64,000 bases of DNA, from NCBI GenBank assembly GCA_018649885.1, contig JABIHA010000094.1, positions 1-64,000 of the forward strand, in the 5' to 3' direction. The stretch is from Bacteriovoracaceae bacterium. Lineage in GTDB: Bacteria > Bdellovibrionota > Bacteriovoracia > Bacteriovoracales > Bacteriovoracaceae. This document shows, in pieces, positions 41,307 to 50,301 of the stretch (position 1 is the first letter of the stretch; each line of letters starts with the position of its first letter). The position numbers and the translations under genes were made by a program. The notes under the pieces are model-generated. The model worked only from the letters and a program-made list of their open reading frames with translations. It was not told the DNA's origin and did not search any database.

Positions 41307-42713
41307 ATGGATAAAAAAGTACTCATAGCAGCTCCAGTTTCATTAGTAAAGCTTGAAAGCTTTCTCGTAGGTAAATCACTAGATACATGCCATGTGGCCA
41401 CTGGAAAGGGAGCTCAACTCGAAATTAGCAATGGCGACTATAGTGCAATTATTATAGCGGACGATATAGAAAATCATCCCCTTGGTACTGTACTTAGTTA
41501 CATAAACACAAAATTTCCAGATGTACCTACTGTTGTCCTTAGTGATGATCAGGAAATTTTTGAAAACTTTGATTTCAAAAGAATTAAGTACATCACAAGA
41601 AGTAGAAATGATGCTCCCCCTAAGCATATTCTTAGTCTACTTTCACTTGAGTCCAATCAGTTTGAAAACTCTGAGCCTCTCACCAAAACAGTCTCTGATG
41701 AGGAGAGCATTGTTGAAGATGATGATAAATTCTCGAGAATAAGAATTAAAGATTTTATTTCTGGAAAAGTTGTTCAGTTCGACGTATTCGTCAAACTTGC
41801 AGGAGGGAGATATGTAAAGATCCTTCATACCGGTGACTCTTTTTCAAAAAGTCGAATTAGCAAGTATGCTAAAAAAACTGACTTTCTTTATATTTTAGAA
41901 AAAGACCGTGGTCAGTATATTGAGTTTTCAAATTATCTTCTTGATAAGTTAGCTGACAAACAAGTTCCAGCTAAAACAAAACTTTCCCTGGCCAAAAATG
42001 CTATGGAGAAATTCACTGAATCTCTATATGAAGAAGGTTTCGAGCCGAAAATCATTCTAAAAGGGAAGAAAATTTGTAACTCCATCCATAAACTCATTTC
42101 TTCAGATGACACTCTTTATAAATCGTTTAATTGCTTGTACGAAATAAATCCTGATATATATACACACGCCTATTTAACAGCACTCTTTTCAAGTATGATT
42201 GCATTTAACAGTGATATAAAGTCTGCAGCTTCCATTGAAACCATGACTATGGCAGCTATGTTGCACGATATAGGGCTTACAGAGATACCAGAAGAAATCG
42301 CCCAGAAAAAACCTTCTGACATGGATCCCGAAGAACTCAAAATTTATCAGACACACCCTGCCCGAGGAGCCAAACTTATTGAAGAGTCAAAACTTCTAAG
42401 TAATACAATCCCACAGGTAGTTATGCAACATCATGAAGCAAGCGATGGATCAGGTTTTCCAAGAGGTCTTAAAGACATAAGACTTCAAATGCTTTCTAAA
42501 ATTGTATTTCTGGCAGATTCATTTTCGTGCTATATCATTGAAAATGACCTTAGACCATATGAAGGTCTCAAGGAAATGGTTTTAGACCAAGATATTAGAG
42601 AAAAATTTAATCAAAATGTATTAAGAAATTTCATCAAACTATTTATTGACCCAGAAAAACGCGACGCTTTAGGATCAGCATATTCTAAAAATTCAAAAGT
42701 TAAATCTGCATAA
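41307..42713 (+). CDS. HD-GYP domain protein with degenerate receiver-like N-terminus
   Basis: LHDIG, HP..GA, QHHE..DGSGFP.GL. Confidence 0.9.
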   Translation: MDKKVLIAAPVSLVKLESFLVGKSLDTCHVATGKGAQLEISNGDYSAIIIADDIENHPLGTVLSYINTKFPDVPTVVLSDDQEIFENFDFKRIKYITRSRNDAPPKHILSLLSLESNQFENSEPLTKTVSDEESIVEDDDKFSRIRIKDFISGKVVQFDVFVKLAGGRYVKILHTGDSFSKSRISKYAKKTDFLYILEKDRGQYIEFSNYLLDKLADKQVPAKTKLSLAKNAMEKFTESLYEEGFEPKIILKGKKICNSIHKLISSDDTLYKSFNCLYEINPDIYTHAYLTALFSSMIAFNSDIKSAASIETMTMAAMLHDIGLTEIPEEIAQKKPSDMDPEELKIYQTHPARGAKLIEESKLLSNTIPQVVMQHHEASDGSGFPRGLKDIRLQMLSKIVFLADSFSCYIIENDLRPYEGLKEMVLDQDIREKFNQNVLRNFIKLFIDPEKRDALGSAYSKNSKVKSA

Positions 42714-42714
42714 A

Positions 42715-43413
42715 TTAATATTGTTTTTTATTTATCAGGATGCCTGTTTGCGAGGATCTGGTTAGGTCTTCATTTTCAACTCTCTCTTGCTCAACATTTA
42801 CCGAAGCTTCATCTTCATAAAGTTTCATGACTTCAATTTTCTTTAAATTATTTCTAACCTCTTTCAGCTTTTCTTTTTGCTCTATTATAAATACTGAAGT
42901 CGATACAGACTCTTCACTTTCTCTTCTTAAATCTTGCTCATGTTGCTCCATTAAAGATGTGCGTGAAGCAATCCCCAGTTTCTCTAGCTTCTCTTCTTCC
43001 TGAGTCATCTCTAGGCTGGAATGCCGAGACCGCAGGCCTTGATTTCTTTTTGGGCCCTTCTTTTTCTTCTCACCCTTGGCCACAATCTTAGGCTTTGATG
43101 AAGGATTAGTATTGCCCTTCGCCTTCGACTTGCCTTTTTCTTCATCAGGATCTTCTTCCCCACCTTGGTTTTCTTCTATATTTTTATTAAAAGGGATCAC
43201 TTTGCCAGTCAACGAATCTGTTGTTGTAGCGTGAGCACTTAGCTCAGCCTCAGGAGTTGCAACAGCAGAGGCGCCAGAGCTTGCTCTAAGCTTCAGCTTC
43301 TTCTTTTCTAAGTCTTTATTTACAATTGAATCTTCTGTCAGACGTGTGATCTCAAGAGGCGTGAGCGTCTTCATAACAGTCATAACATTAGCTGCAAACA
43401 TCCCTAGAGGCAT
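42715..43413 (-). CDS. Hypothetical charged protein
   Basis: 232-aa ORF with AGGAG SD. Confidence 0.7.
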   Translation of the reverse strand: MPLGMFAANVMTVMKTLTPLEITRLTEDSIVNKDLEKKKLKLRASSGASAVATPEAELSAHATTTDSLTGKVIPFNKNIEENQGGEEDPDEEKGKSKAKGNTNPSSKPKIVAKGEKKKKGPKRNQGLRSRHSSLEMTQEEEKLEKLGIASRTSLMEQHEQDLRRESEESVSTSVFIIEQKEKLKEVRNNLKKIEVMKLYEDEASVNVEQERVENEDLTRSSQTGILINKKQY

Positions 43414-43449
43414 TTACCGTCTCCTGGTTAAAAATTACCTCAAGTAATC

Positions 43450-43477
43450 TTCTCGGTTATTTTAACTTAAAACCTGA
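43450..43477 (-). promoter_or_regulatory. Sigma28-type promoter candidate
   Basis: TCAGG-15nt-ACCGAGAA. Confidence 0.45.
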
Positions 43478-43570
43478 GTGCTTTTATCAACTAAATCCCT
43501 TATTTCCTCGAAAAAACCATAATTCCAGCCGCTTGCATGGAGTCTTCCCCCCCCCATGACACAAAGCCCG

Positions 43571-43599
43571 TGGACAAAAAGCCTTAAAATCACTATAAA
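43571..43599 (+). promoter_or_regulatory. Sigma70-type promoter of tRNA-Asn
   Basis: TGGACA-17nt-TATAAA. Confidence 0.65.
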
Positions 43600-43631
43600 T
43601 GTGCCCTACTCTATGAGTAATGAGTGTCAAC

Positions 43632-43708
43632 TGAGGTGTAGCGCAGTTGGTTAGCGCAGTAGACTGTTAATCTATTGGTCGTGGGTTCGAGTCCCACCTC
43701 CTCAGCCA
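43632..43708 (+). tRNA. tRNA-Asn(GTT)
   Basis: Anticodon arm GTAGA-CTGTTAA-TCTAT, GTTCGAGTC T-arm, G73-CCA. Confidence 0.96.
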
Positions 43709-43890
43709 CCTCTCGCAAAAAAACATGCCAGCGGCATGTTTTTGTGCGAAGAGGTAAGTGACCAAGGGAGACTCCCCAGTCTCCCGAGAATCAAGCAATA
43801 AAACTCCAAGCCCCTTTAACCCAAGAATTTTTTAAAAACCCTAACCCTACTCGGTGTCCGCCCATCACAAGCCTATGCAGGGAAGTGCCA
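43707..43890 (+). repeat. Structured non-coding element, copy A1
   Basis: Hairpin CGCA..AAAACATGCC-agc-GGCATGTTTT..TGCG, hairpin GGGAGACT-cccc-AGTCTCCC; homologous to 43903..44045 and to 49976..50115 (minus). Confidence 0.85.
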
Positions 43891-43902
43891 GCAGATCGGT
43901 AA

Positions 43903-44045
43903 ACCAAAGGAGACTCCTCCACAGTGGAACCCCAGTCTCCCGTGAATCAAGCAACTAAACACCAAGCCCCTTTAACCCAAGAATCCGAAAAAACCCTAAC
44001 CCTACTCAGTGTCCGCCCTTCACAAGCCTATGCAGGGAAGTGCCA
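43903..44045 (+). repeat. Tandem partial copy A2 of the element
   Basis: Close copy of 43761..43890 with a TCCACAGTGGAA insert in the hairpin loop. Confidence 0.95.
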
Positions 44046-44125
44046 CATTTCTTTATTAATTTACTTGATTTTAAATAGTCGATAGATAACTTCACTAGGA
44101 CAAAACAGAACACATTATAAACCTT

Positions 44126-45277
44126 CTATTCCGTTCCTCTTTTTAAAATAGACAAATACTCTGTAAGCTTTACCACTTTACCTGAAGGTGCAAGACTATA
44201 GTTAACTATCCCACGACGCTCAAATTCATCTAAAGTTCTTTGAACCGTTGGGTAATTAATATTGAATTCCTTTGAAAGCCTTGTAACAGATATAACAGGG
44301 TGCTCAATTAAAATGCTATAGATCGTATGAGCATAGGAAAGTTTTTTGATTTCTTTTGAAATTAATTCTCTTTGCGCTTCTACCAAATTAATTAATTCTC
44401 TAGCAGTTTTTGCTGCTTCAAAGGACGTGTTTCTAACGCCTCTTAAGAAAAATTTTATCCAGCCCTCCCAGTCACCCTTCAACCTAACATCCATGAGCAA
44501 TTTATAATATTCTGACTTATGCTCCTTAAAAAATAGACTCAAATATAACAACGGTTTATCTAAAATTTTTCTTTCACATAAAAGAAATGTTATTAGTAAA
44601 CGTCCAAGCCTTCCATTTCCATCTGAGAATGGGTGGATTGTCTCAAAATGTGAATGTAAAATTGCTGCTTTTATCAGAGGTGGTAATTTTGAATCTTGGT
44701 GATAATAGCTTTCTAGATCTCCCATATATTCCATAGTTATATTCGGGGGAGTCGGTATGAATGTTGCTTCTTGCAGAGTGCATCCTGCAGGCCCAATCCA
44801 ATTTTGGTATCGTTTGAATTCACCCGGTGATTTTTCTTGCCCTCTTACATCAGAAAGTAAAATTTTATGAATTTCCTTCATCAATCTTTGCGAAAATGGA
44901 ATATCCTCTAAGGATTTCAATCCTAAATTCATTGCTTCTATGTAGTTTACTACTTCAGCGACAGGCTTAACTTCACTCGTTTTTTCATTTACTTGAAGTA
45001 CCTCATCTAATGAACATTCCGTCCCCTCTATTTGGGAACTTAACAGAGCTTCTTTCTTCACATAGAAGGCAATAAACAAATCCGGATTTTTTAGGATTTT
45101 TGTTATTCCGTTTAATTCACCCAAAGCCCTATCTGCTTCAGATACTAAGTTAATCAACTCTACGTCATAGGCTAGACCCTCAGGGCCCCCAGGAAATAAC
45201 TTCTTTGGCACATACGCCAAGTAGCCAGTTGGTTGTTTAATTGTTGATCCAACATTATTCATAGCAACAGCTTTCAT
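44126..45277 (-). CDS. Fic family protein with inhibitory motif and C-terminal HTH
   Basis: HPFSDGNGRLGR, SSQIEG, C-terminal NINYPTVQRTLDEFERRGIV. Confidence 0.95.
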   Translation of the reverse strand: MKAVAMNNVGSTIKQPTGYLAYVPKKLFPGGPEGLAYDVELINLVSEADRALGELNGITKILKNPDLFIAFYVKKEALLSSQIEGTECSLDEVLQVNEKTSEVKPVAEVVNYIEAMNLGLKSLEDIPFSQRLMKEIHKILLSDVRGQEKSPGEFKRYQNWIGPAGCTLQEATFIPTPPNITMEYMGDLESYYHQDSKLPPLIKAAILHSHFETIHPFSDGNGRLGRLLITFLLCERKILDKPLLYLSLFFKEHKSEYYKLLMDVRLKGDWEGWIKFFLRGVRNTSFEAAKTARELINLVEAQRELISKEIKKLSYAHTIYSILIEHPVISVTRLSKEFNINYPTVQRTLDEFERRGIVNYSLAPSGKVVKLTEYLSILKRGTE

Positions 45278-45302
45278 TCCTTAGCCTTCTCCATATCACT
45301 TT

Positions 45303-45585
45303 TTAACATTTGAACCTCTAGATGTTAATATATTTGAACAACTTGAACATTTCAAGGTGTAAACGTTAAAATGTATACCCTAGCATTAACGTTCGGGTTC
45401 ATCGAGACCCTATATTTTAACATCTGTACATCTAAACGTTAATTCCCTAATGCCGCCCAAGTCTCTATCTACCTGATTACACAAATATTAACATTTAGGA
45501 CCCTAAACGTTAATAAGGTCTTCCGCGATTAATGCCTACGTTAATAGTCGTGAACCATATTAACGTTTGGGCCTTCAAACCGAAA
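45303..45585. repeat. Array of 26-bp imperfect palindromes TTAACRT-N12-AYGTTAA
   Basis: Full sites at 45303, 45344, 45417, 45488; one-arm sites at 45386, 45519, 45560. Confidence 0.9.
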
Positions 45586-45829
45586 TATTTTGAATTTAAA
45601 ACACTCCACTAGCCACCTCAAAAAGCAGGATCTCCACAGGATACCCTCAGCCATCTCGAACTATCAAAGTTGTCACTGCTTACCTCTGTTAATCGATTCC
45701 AGATACACAATTGCTTCCCTCGCCGAAAGAATCAAACCTGATTTCCCATAAACCATAATTATTAAAACCCCCCTAAATTTTTTACTATTTAACTTCCCCA
45801 AAATCCCCCTCCGTTATAGTATCCCCCCC

Positions 45830-46792
45830 ATGAAGATCACAAGCATACTCTCCATTCTCCTAATACTTACCGCTTCCCAAGCCCTAGCCTGCAAATGGCA
45901 ACCAGCAACCACTTGGGGATCTCTAAAGAAAAAATACATAAGAGAAGCCAGCGGAGTTGCCTCATCAAAAGCAAAACCAGGATTCCTCTACCACATCAAC
46001 GACCACGGAGACGGCAACAAAGTTTTCATCACAAACCAAAAAGGCAAAAAAACAAAAGTCATAAATATTTCTGGAAAAAATTTTAAGGACCAAGAAGACC
46101 TAGCAACTGGCCCTTGCCCAGGAGGCTCTTGTTTATTTATTGCAGATACAGGAAATAATGCACTCAAAAGAAAAGTCCTGAATATCATTATCCTCAAAGA
46201 AACCAGCGAGCTAGTTGATTTAAAAAAAGACTCTGAAACAGTAGCTCCACTTGGAGTTATTAAATTCAAATACCCTAAAAAAGGTAGACACGACTCAGAA
46301 ACACTTATGGTTCATCCAAATGGTGACATCTACATTGTTACTAAAGTTGAAAATGCAAAAAGGACTTACTTACCAAGCCAAATTTATCGAATCAAAAAAA
46401 AGGTATGGCATGACTATATTGCCAAAGCTCCTGCTACAGCAAAAAAGAAGAAGAAGAAAATTAAACCTGAATTAGTTGGTTATGTTAATCTACCTGAGTT
46501 TTATAATCCGAAAAAACCCAGAAACCACCTAATCACCTCCGGTGACATTTCTCCAGACGGAAAGAAGGTATTACTTCTTACCTATGGCTTTGTTATAGAG
46601 ATAAATTTGGATTTATCCAAGGCCACCCAAATTAAAATCGACAAAAATAATCGCAAATTATTCAACATCATCAACATCAAAGCTCTTCGACACCAAGAAG
46701 CAATCACTTTTTCTGAAAACGGTTCATCATTTTTGTATAATACAGAAGCCGGGAAGAAAAAAGCACGTATAATGAAAGTGACCTGCAAGTAA
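45830..46792 (+). CDS. Secreted beta-propeller-like protein
   Basis: Signal peptide; EASG, INDHG, D.EDLA, ADTGNN, HDSE, GDISPDG, QEAITF. Confidence 0.7.
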   Translation: MKITSILSILLILTASQALACKWQPATTWGSLKKKYIREASGVASSKAKPGFLYHINDHGDGNKVFITNQKGKKTKVINISGKNFKDQEDLATGPCPGGSCLFIADTGNNALKRKVLNIIILKETSELVDLKKDSETVAPLGVIKFKYPKKGRHDSETLMVHPNGDIYIVTKVENAKRTYLPSQIYRIKKKVWHDYIAKAPATAKKKKKKIKPELVGYVNLPEFYNPKKPRNHLITSGDISPDGKKVLLLTYGFVIEINLDLSKATQIKIDKNNRKLFNIINIKALRHQEAITFSENGSSFLYNTEAGKKKARIMKVTCK

Positions 46793-46840
46793 CTTAACTG
46801 ACTCCAAAGCTCAGAATTGCCATTGTCGAAGGGGAACACA

Positions 46841-48232
46841 TTGGAAGATGATCCAAGATCTTCTAAATTCAGAAGTTCAAAACTATCCAGACTTTTAAAG
46901 ATTGGGGGTACCATTGCAAAGGCCTCGTCTCAAATCGCAATGGACAAGGTTAAAAGATCAACTCAAGATGCAATAAAAATTGCTGAAAACGTAGGTGAGA
47001 CCACCGCAAAAATAAAAGCTGCTAGAGAAATTATTAAAAGTATGGGCGAGCTTAAAGGCGGGCTCATGAAAGTTGGGCAAATGATTTCCATGACAGAAGA
47101 TCTTCTTCTTCCCAAAGAAATCACTGCCCTATTCGCAAGTCTTCAAAACACAGCCCCGGCGATGGAAGCATCTCAGGTCGATAAAATATTTCTGCGAAAC
47201 TTCGGGAAAAAACCAGAAGAAATGTTTGATTCGTTCAACAGAAAACCTATTGCTGCTGCCTCCATTGGACAAGTTCACGAGGCCTTTATAGGCAAAGACC
47301 AGAAAGTGGCAATTAAAATTCAATACCCCAAAATTGTCGACGCAATAAAAAATGATTTATCGAGCATTGATATGCTTGATAATCTATTTTCACTATTTAT
47401 TCCCGGCAAACCCCAAATAAGAAGCATGCTAGAGGAAACTAGAAATGTTTTACTTGAGGAGTGTGATTACCAAAACGAGCTAAACAATATTCAGTTTTTT
47501 AAAGAAAAACTAGAAGGTGAATTTAAAAATCGAGTTCACGTTCCAACACCTTTTCCAGAATACTCCTCAAATGAAATTTTGACCTTAGAATATGTTTATG
47601 GAGACAGCTTTGATGAAACTCTGTCATACAATCAAAGAACAAAAGATGAGTTGGGAGAACTCTCCTATCATATATTCATGTATAGCTTCTTTAATCTCGG
47701 AAAAATTCATACGGATCCACAGCATGGAAATTTCTTTTATAACCAGTCCAAGATAACTATCCTAGATTTTGGTTCAACTAAAAAATTCTCTGAAATGTTT
47801 ATGGATCACTACACAGGACTTTTAATATCGGTCGAAAGATCTGATATTGAGCTTTTTAAAATATCCGCCATAAAACTTGAAATGATTAGGGAGAATGACC
47901 CACTCGAATATATTGAGAAGCAATTTGATCTTATTAAAACTATTTATGGCCCATTCTTAAAACCTGGTATCTACCCCATAGAGGAAATAAATCCATTTCA
48001 ACTCGTTAAGGAATTTTTTAACTCTATTAATTTAAAGGGCAAAAAGGCTCCCAATGAGGAGTTTTTGCTTCTCGATCGTGCAAATATCGGCCTATTTTCT
48101 AAGGCCAAAGCGTGGAACTCTTATGTAGACTGGGAAGAGGGAAGAAAGTTGTATAGATACCCATATTCAATAGGTGCTATAAAAAGAATTGTGGATCAAA
48201 ACCAAGGATTTAATCCAAGATATGAGTACTGA
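46841..48232 (+). CDS. ABC1/UbiB-family atypical kinase
   Basis: MKVGQ, AAASIGQVH, VAIKIQYP, HTDPQHGN, LDFG. Confidence 0.93.
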   Translation: MEDDPRSSKFRSSKLSRLLKIGGTIAKASSQIAMDKVKRSTQDAIKIAENVGETTAKIKAAREIIKSMGELKGGLMKVGQMISMTEDLLLPKEITALFASLQNTAPAMEASQVDKIFLRNFGKKPEEMFDSFNRKPIAAASIGQVHEAFIGKDQKVAIKIQYPKIVDAIKNDLSSIDMLDNLFSLFIPGKPQIRSMLEETRNVLLEECDYQNELNNIQFFKEKLEGEFKNRVHVPTPFPEYSSNEILTLEYVYGDSFDETLSYNQRTKDELGELSYHIFMYSFFNLGKIHTDPQHGNFFYNQSKITILDFGSTKKFSEMFMDHYTGLLISVERSDIELFKISAIKLEMIRENDPLEYIEKQFDLIKTIYGPFLKPGIYPIEEINPFQLVKEFFNSINLKGKKAPNEEFLLLDRANIGLFSKAKAWNSYVDWEEGRKLYRYPYSIGAIKRIVDQNQGFNPRYEY

Positions 48233-48881
48233 ACCAACCCTTTATCATTATGTTCACTGCCCTTATTGTGTCAGGGTTCGACTTGCCTTAGGATTTCTCT
48301 CTATAAAATTCAATTCAGTCGTCTTACCTTATGATGATGAAAAAACGCCTATCTCACTTGCAGACGCAAAAATGTTACCCATATTTAAATTTGATGAGAG
48401 TCATGTTTCAAATGAAAGTCTGGATATTATTGCAATACTAGATACAGAAAATAGGCTTGGCACTAGGAGCCTTTTAGACAATTCTGAGAAACTTGGTGAA
48501 ATCAATACCCTCCTCTCAGAAATTTCAAAACCTGTTCACAATATGGCCATGCCTTACTGGATCTATACTCCTGAATTTGATGACAATTCAAGAAAGTACT
48601 TTAAAGATAAGAAAGAAGTGAAAAGAGGACCTCTTAAACGTTTAATTCCAAGAAGGCCCGAGTTTGAACAGCAGCTCTCAAAAGTGTTAGATGGTCTTGA
48701 ATTACAAATTGATAAATTCTTTCAATCGGAAGCCTTCACCATTGCTGACATCATGATTGCTTCCCACCTATGGGGAATGTATGTCGTCCCTGAGTATCAG
48801 TTTCCAGCTAAAATTCACGAATATCTGCAAAATATAAAACGTATATGCGAGTTTGATTACCACAAAGATTTCTGGAGTTAA
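48222..48881 (+). CDS. grxB: Glutaredoxin 2 (GST-fold)
   Basis: HCPYC, ESLDII, YFKDKKE. Confidence 0.88.
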   Translation: MSTEPTLYHYVHCPYCVRVRLALGFLSIKFNSVVLPYDDEKTPISLADAKMLPIFKFDESHVSNESLDIIAILDTENRLGTRSLLDNSEKLGEINTLLSEISKPVHNMAMPYWIYTPEFDDNSRKYFKDKKEVKRGPLKRLIPRRPEFEQQLSKVLDGLELQIDKFFQSEAFTIADIMIASHLWGMYVVPEYQFPAKIHEYLQNIKRICEFDYHKDFWS

Positions 48882-48884
48882 GAT

Positions 48885-49214
48885 TTGGCCCTAGGTTTAG
48901 TTATCTCCGAAAATGGAGTCATTTTTAAAGTAAAGTTCATTAAGGACTCAATGACTATTGGAAGGTCTAACTCAGCAGATATCAACCTTGAAGATTCCTT
49001 TTCATCAGGGGTTCATTGCATTCTCTATAAAGATGATGGAAAAATTATTTTAGAAGATCTCGAATCAACCAATGGGACGTTCTTAAATAATCAAAAAGTT
49101 GATAAAAGCCCTTTCTACATTGATGACTTGCTTAGAATAGGTGACGTATTTATTAAGCTTGATGAATCGAAGTTGAATAAGGGAGAAAAAGAATTGTATA
49201 AAAAACCAACGTAA
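48885..49214 (+). CDS. FHA domain protein
   Basis: IGR, S..H, DLESTNGTFLN. Confidence 0.92.
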   Translation: MALGLVISENGVIFKVKFIKDSMTIGRSNSADINLEDSFSSGVHCILYKDDGKIILEDLESTNGTFLNNQKVDKSPFYIDDLLRIGDVFIKLDESKLNKGEKELYKKPT

Positions 49215-49335
49215 TTTATTTGCTCCAGTGTAATTACCACGATGTACATGCATAACTATCTAAAATCATGGAAATAAATTCTTTTTAACCCGATCTATTA
49301 ACTCCATGAAATCAATAAGAAATCGTATTTTCTAG

Positions 49336-49362
49336 TCAACTAATTCAATACCTGACCGATAA
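49336..49362 (+). promoter_or_regulatory. Sigma28-type promoter candidate
   Basis: TCAA-15nt-ACCGATAA upstream of 49408 gene. Confidence 0.6.
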
Positions 49363-49407
49363 TTTCTCTACAAAACAACTGACTCAACTATAAGCTGGAG
49401 GTATGCG

Positions 49408-49902
49408 ATGTTGAAGAGAATTTTTACCTTTGTAGCTTTGGGCCTCCTCTTTGTTCCAACATATGATTTGAGAGCAGAAGAGGGAAGCCAAGACTACAGG
49501 AAACGTTTTAGATTAACTTGCCGTGGAAGATCTGTGGCGAGTGATGGACTTCCAACATCATTTGACCTTGTAAAAACAAGAAGCAAAAATCCAAATGTTC
49601 TAGATAGCAAAATTTGTAGATCATCTAGAAAAATTGCTTCTACCAGTACTGTTCATCCAGTATGTCCGGATGGCATGAGACTACAAGTTGATTTGAACCA
49701 CGGTACGATGGTTGACAGGTGTTTTAAAAACCATCTCATTACAAGAAACCCAAAGTGTCCTGGAAATGGTGGCATTATTCATCAGCCGGGTAGAGATACT
49801 TGTGAGAGTGCTCACTTCGTATACAAGAAGCCTGGTATGATTAGAATGAAGAAAATCGTTAGATACCAGTATGTTTATGAGGATGAAGAAGAAGATTTTT
49901 AG
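49408..49902 (+). CDS. Secreted Cys-rich hypothetical protein
   Basis: GGAGG SD, signal peptide, six Cys, acidic tail. Confidence 0.75.
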   Translation: MLKRIFTFVALGLLFVPTYDLRAEEGSQDYRKRFRLTCRGRSVASDGLPTSFDLVKTRSKNPNVLDSKICRSSRKIASTSTVHPVCPDGMRLQVDLNHGTMVDRCFKNHLITRNPKCPGNGGIIHQPGRDTCESAHFVYKKPGMIRMKKIVRYQYVYEDEEEDF

Positions 49903-49923
49903 AATTAAATAAAATTTAGTTAT

Positions 49924-49959
49924 AAAAAGGGGCCTCTATTATATAGAGGCCCTTTTTTT
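49924..49959. terminator. Bidirectional intrinsic terminator
   Basis: AAAAAG-GGGCCTCTAT-tat-ATAGAGGCCC-TTTTTTT. Confidence 0.85.
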
Positions 49960-49975
49960 GGTTTGAGGAAGTCTT

Positions 49976-50115
49976 AAATTCTGGGTCTAATGCTATGGCT
50001 GTGTTTTCATTGCTATTTAGCCGGCAGACTGCAGTTCCACTGTGGGGGGCTCCACCTCTGTCACATACCTCATTGCACGAAAATGTGCTGCCAGCACATT
50101 TTCGTGCATAAGGTG
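49976..50115 (-). repeat. Structured non-coding element, diverged copy B
   Basis: Perfect 17-bp-arm palindrome at 50074..50108; colinear similarity to A1/A2 on the minus strand. Confidence 0.8.
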
Positions 50116-50240
50116 TATAAAAAGTTACCAATTGTCACAAAACTGTCTTTTCTTTAGTCACTCAAATTGAAGCACTTTCAGAAATTCAAGGGGATAGCTC
50201 CCTTTTTCGTCTAATATCTTGGCACCTAGAGAGTATTTGT

Positions 50241-50256
50241 TGGCACTGTACTTGCT
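50241..50256 (+). promoter_or_regulatory. Sigma54 promoter
   Basis: TGGCACTGTACTTGCT, exact GG-N10-GC spacing. Confidence 0.8.
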
Positions 50257-50301
50257 TATTTAACTACATAAGAAAGAAACAGGTGAAAAGAGGATGAGAC
50301 T

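Noticed and set aside
43874..43890. Sigma54 promoter on the minus strand (TGGCACTTCCCTGCA) in both tandem copies
   Set aside because: Spacing is GG-N9-GC, one base short of the strict requirement
45301..45330. dif/Xer recombination site
   Set aside because: Arms resemble the XerD half-site TTTAACAT, but there is no XerC-type arm, the spacing differs from 11-6-11 dif, and no recombinase is nearby
45303..45585. CRISPR array interpretation of the palindrome array
   Set aside because: Repeat cores vary, gaps are 5-45 nt and irregular, and no cas genes are in the window
49982..50000. c-di-GMP-I riboswitch (GGTCTAA..TATG)
   Set aside because: Upstream GGCAAA..GAAA..ACGCAAA motifs are missing
50074..50089. 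NtrC-type enhancer site
   Set aside because: TGCAC-N6-GTGCT rather than N7; better explained as part of the repeated element
49916..50131. 71-aa minus-strand ORF
   Set aside because: Overlaps element copy B and a terminator; frame not conserved in copies A1/A2
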